A stretch of 63,721 nucleotides of DNA, counting the filler, from Octopus bimaculoides (Eukaryota): assembly GCF_001194135.2 (NCBI RefSeq). It is 5 parts of 5 records of this genome, joined end to end, with 100 filler letters (N's around TTAATTAATTAA, not from the genome) between each part and the next. Parts side by side here need not be neighbours in the genome. Positions count along the whole stretch, not along the records: positions 52,975 to 61,936 come from NC_068993.1; positions 62,037 to 63,721 come from NC_069008.1; 3 more parts are not named here. The stretch is one strand, 5' to 3'. The translations under genes were made by a program, and so were the position numbers. Positions within the stretch are counted from its first letter, which is position 1, and every line of letters starts with the position of its first letter. This document shows positions 61,801 through 63,721 of the stretch, in pieces. Below the pieces are notes generated by a model. That model did not search any database and had not been told where the DNA came from. It worked only from the letters and a program-made list of their open reading frames with translations.

Positions 61801-62717
61801 AAGGTGAAACTTTGAAGTCGCTGTCACCATTTTACAGAGAAAGAGGTTAATATCAAGTAGTCGTACAGTTTAGTGTTAAAGTGTTTTTATGTATAACTTG
61901 ACATTAAAAAAACATTATAAATATATAGGTGTGTGTNNNNNNNNNNNNNNNNNNNNNNNNNNNNNNNNNNNNNNNNNNNNTTAATTAATTAANNNNNNNN
62001 NNNNNNNNNNNNNNNNNNNNNNNNNNNNNNNNNNNNGCATTATGTAGAGCAGGGTGCTTTACAAGTTTTCATGATAGAAATATTGTTTGATTTGTATATA
62101 TGTGTGATTTGATTTTATAAATATTTTCAAATTTACTTTGTTTTTATTTTTCTTTGTGTAATTTTAATTTACCTGTTATTTTAATTTACCTGTAAGGTGA
62201 GTGACGAATTTTGATTAATTTCTTTTGTAAATCATTATTGTATATTTCTGTGTATCTATGTATATGGGAGAGCTTATTTAATCTAGTTGATGGTGTGTGT
62301 GTATTTTGTTTTCTTCAGACAAATTCCAGTCTTTTGTTTTATTTATACCTTTATGGTACACCTGTCTTTTGTGTGTTTAAATTCACCTGATGAATCCAGT
62401 AATGTACACAACTCTTCTATATCCAATTGAATATTAGCTAATAACCCATTTTCTATAGCGATGTTTGAACAAAAATTTAAATAATTTTATATTTTGTTGA
62501 ATTTACCTGTATTTAGAGTCACTTTATGACAAAAATTATGGTATAGAATTGGTTGAGAACCTTTCGTTAAATTATCTTCCAAAAATCACATTAATATGTT
62601 GATAAATAAAAACGTTAGAGTTGTTTAATGAAACCAGACTAAATTTATGATTATGTTAGAAATTAATTGAAACACATAAGGGGTGTATTTTGATTAGAAA
62701 TATGGTAACGAAAGGGT

Positions 62718-63490
62718 TAAATTGTCAGAACAATTCCACCAAAAATGCCTTCATTGCATTTTAAATATTAAATGGAGTTCTTTTAGTTCAAACACAGATG
62801 TTCTTGCATCTGCAGGCGTCACCTCAATTAAAGCTATGATTTTGAGAAACCAAAGGAGATGGTGTGGCCATATTGTTTGAATGGCAGATGAACACATACC
62901 CAAACTGTGGTTTTATGGTGAGCTTGCAGAGGGGAAACACTATTGGTGTAAACTTTAAAAAAAGGTTTAAAGACAGCATAAGGACTACTATGAAGTCACT
63001 TGGAATAGATCCAGAGGACATAGAAAACCTTGCTTTGAATTGAGCTGGATGGTGAACAAAAGTGTAGAGTGTATAACACATGCAAGACTCAAGAGAGATT
63101 TAAGGAAGAAAGTTATGATTGAGAATGTGAATCACAATGACCTTTTTTGTGTGCACAGATTGTGACAGACCATGCCTTTCTTTTGCTGGGCTCAAATCAC
63201 ATTTGTGAAGCCATGGAAAACTTCCACCAACTATTCTGCCTATATGTCTGTGCACACCTTTCAATGCAATGTATGCCAGAAGATTTGCAAATCTAACAGA
63301 GGCCTCAAAAGACATTTTAAGATGCACAAAGATCAGAACTTATCTGCAGCTCTTGGTGGTCCAAACTGGACATGCAATATGTGTGGGTGTCTTTTCAAAA
63401 CATTGTCTGGTTTAAAAAGTCACATCAGATGCCATGATGGTTCTAAGGAGGTGGTCAAACTCTGCATAAGGAGTAGAAAACCACCATAAT
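62718..63490 (+). mobile_element. RTE LINE 3' fragment with three C2H2 fingers (second copy of the 42513-45178 family)
   Basis: Nucleotide match to 42513-43270. Fingers VCTDCDRPCLSFAGLKSHL*SH, FQCNVCQKICKSNRGLKRHFKMH and WTCNMCGCLFKTLSGLKSHIRCH. (ATGT)n tail. Confidence 0.93.
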
Positions 63491-63527
63491 GTATGTATGT
63501 ATGTATGTATGTATGTATGTATGTATA

Positions 63528-63721
63528 TATTACTCTCTACACTCTTACTCTCCTACTCTTTCACTCCTCTTTCTCTCCTCTCTCTTACTCTCTCTCACTC
63601 TCACTCTCTTCTCTCGTACTCCCCCCTCCCCCCTCTCCCGCACTCCCCCCTCTCTCACTCTTACTCTCTACACTCTTACTCTCCTACTCTCTACACTCTT
63701 ACTCTCTTACTCTCTCACCCT
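63528..63721. repeat. CT-rich simple repeat (ACTCT/CTCTTA variants)
   Basis: Read directly from the sequence. Confidence 0.9.

Noticed and set aside
62380-62410. Hammerhead (CACCTGATGAATCC)
   Set aside because: The GAAAC half is absent; at most a truncated remnant.
62415-62720. piggyBac-type MITE (AAAGGGTTAA end at 62711-62720)
   Set aside because: Only one convincing terminus; the matching left TIR and TTAA were not found.
63172-63489. Standalone host C2H2 zinc-finger gene
   Set aside because: It is contiguous with RTE C-terminal sequence and duplicated at the end of the RTE at 42513-45178.

Overview
Eukaryotic (animal) genomic scaffold with no recognisable intact host gene. It is AT-rich, full of (TA)n, (CA)n, (GA)n, (AAT)n and (ATGT)n microsatellites, and roughly a tenth of it is N gaps. 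The microsatellite load and tRNA-derived SINE types suggest a coleoid cephalopod such as Octopus (inference, not verified). The window is a graveyard of decayed transposable elements: Tc1 (DD34E), maT-like (DD37D), Merlin/IS1595-like, Helitron, probable hAT and a MITE, a Ty3/Gypsy pol fragment, CR1-group LINEs, several RTE LINEs, an R4/Dong-like fragment, Penelope-like elements (PLE), and at least three SINE families. The best unexplained signal is a set of type I hammerhead ribozyme motifs in PLE-like terminal sequences. One has an intact core (33457-33505, minus strand) and lies in nested inverted repeats. One has a single core substitution and lies in an apparently tandem unit (41678-41738). 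One has an intact core but a damaged stem II (60387-60434). Several more are decayed. Also notable are two copies of an RTE LINE ending in three C2H2 zinc fingers, and a CR1 LINE whose 3' tail is shared by two unrelated SINE families. All calls come from manual reading and translation, with no database searches; element boundaries are approximate.
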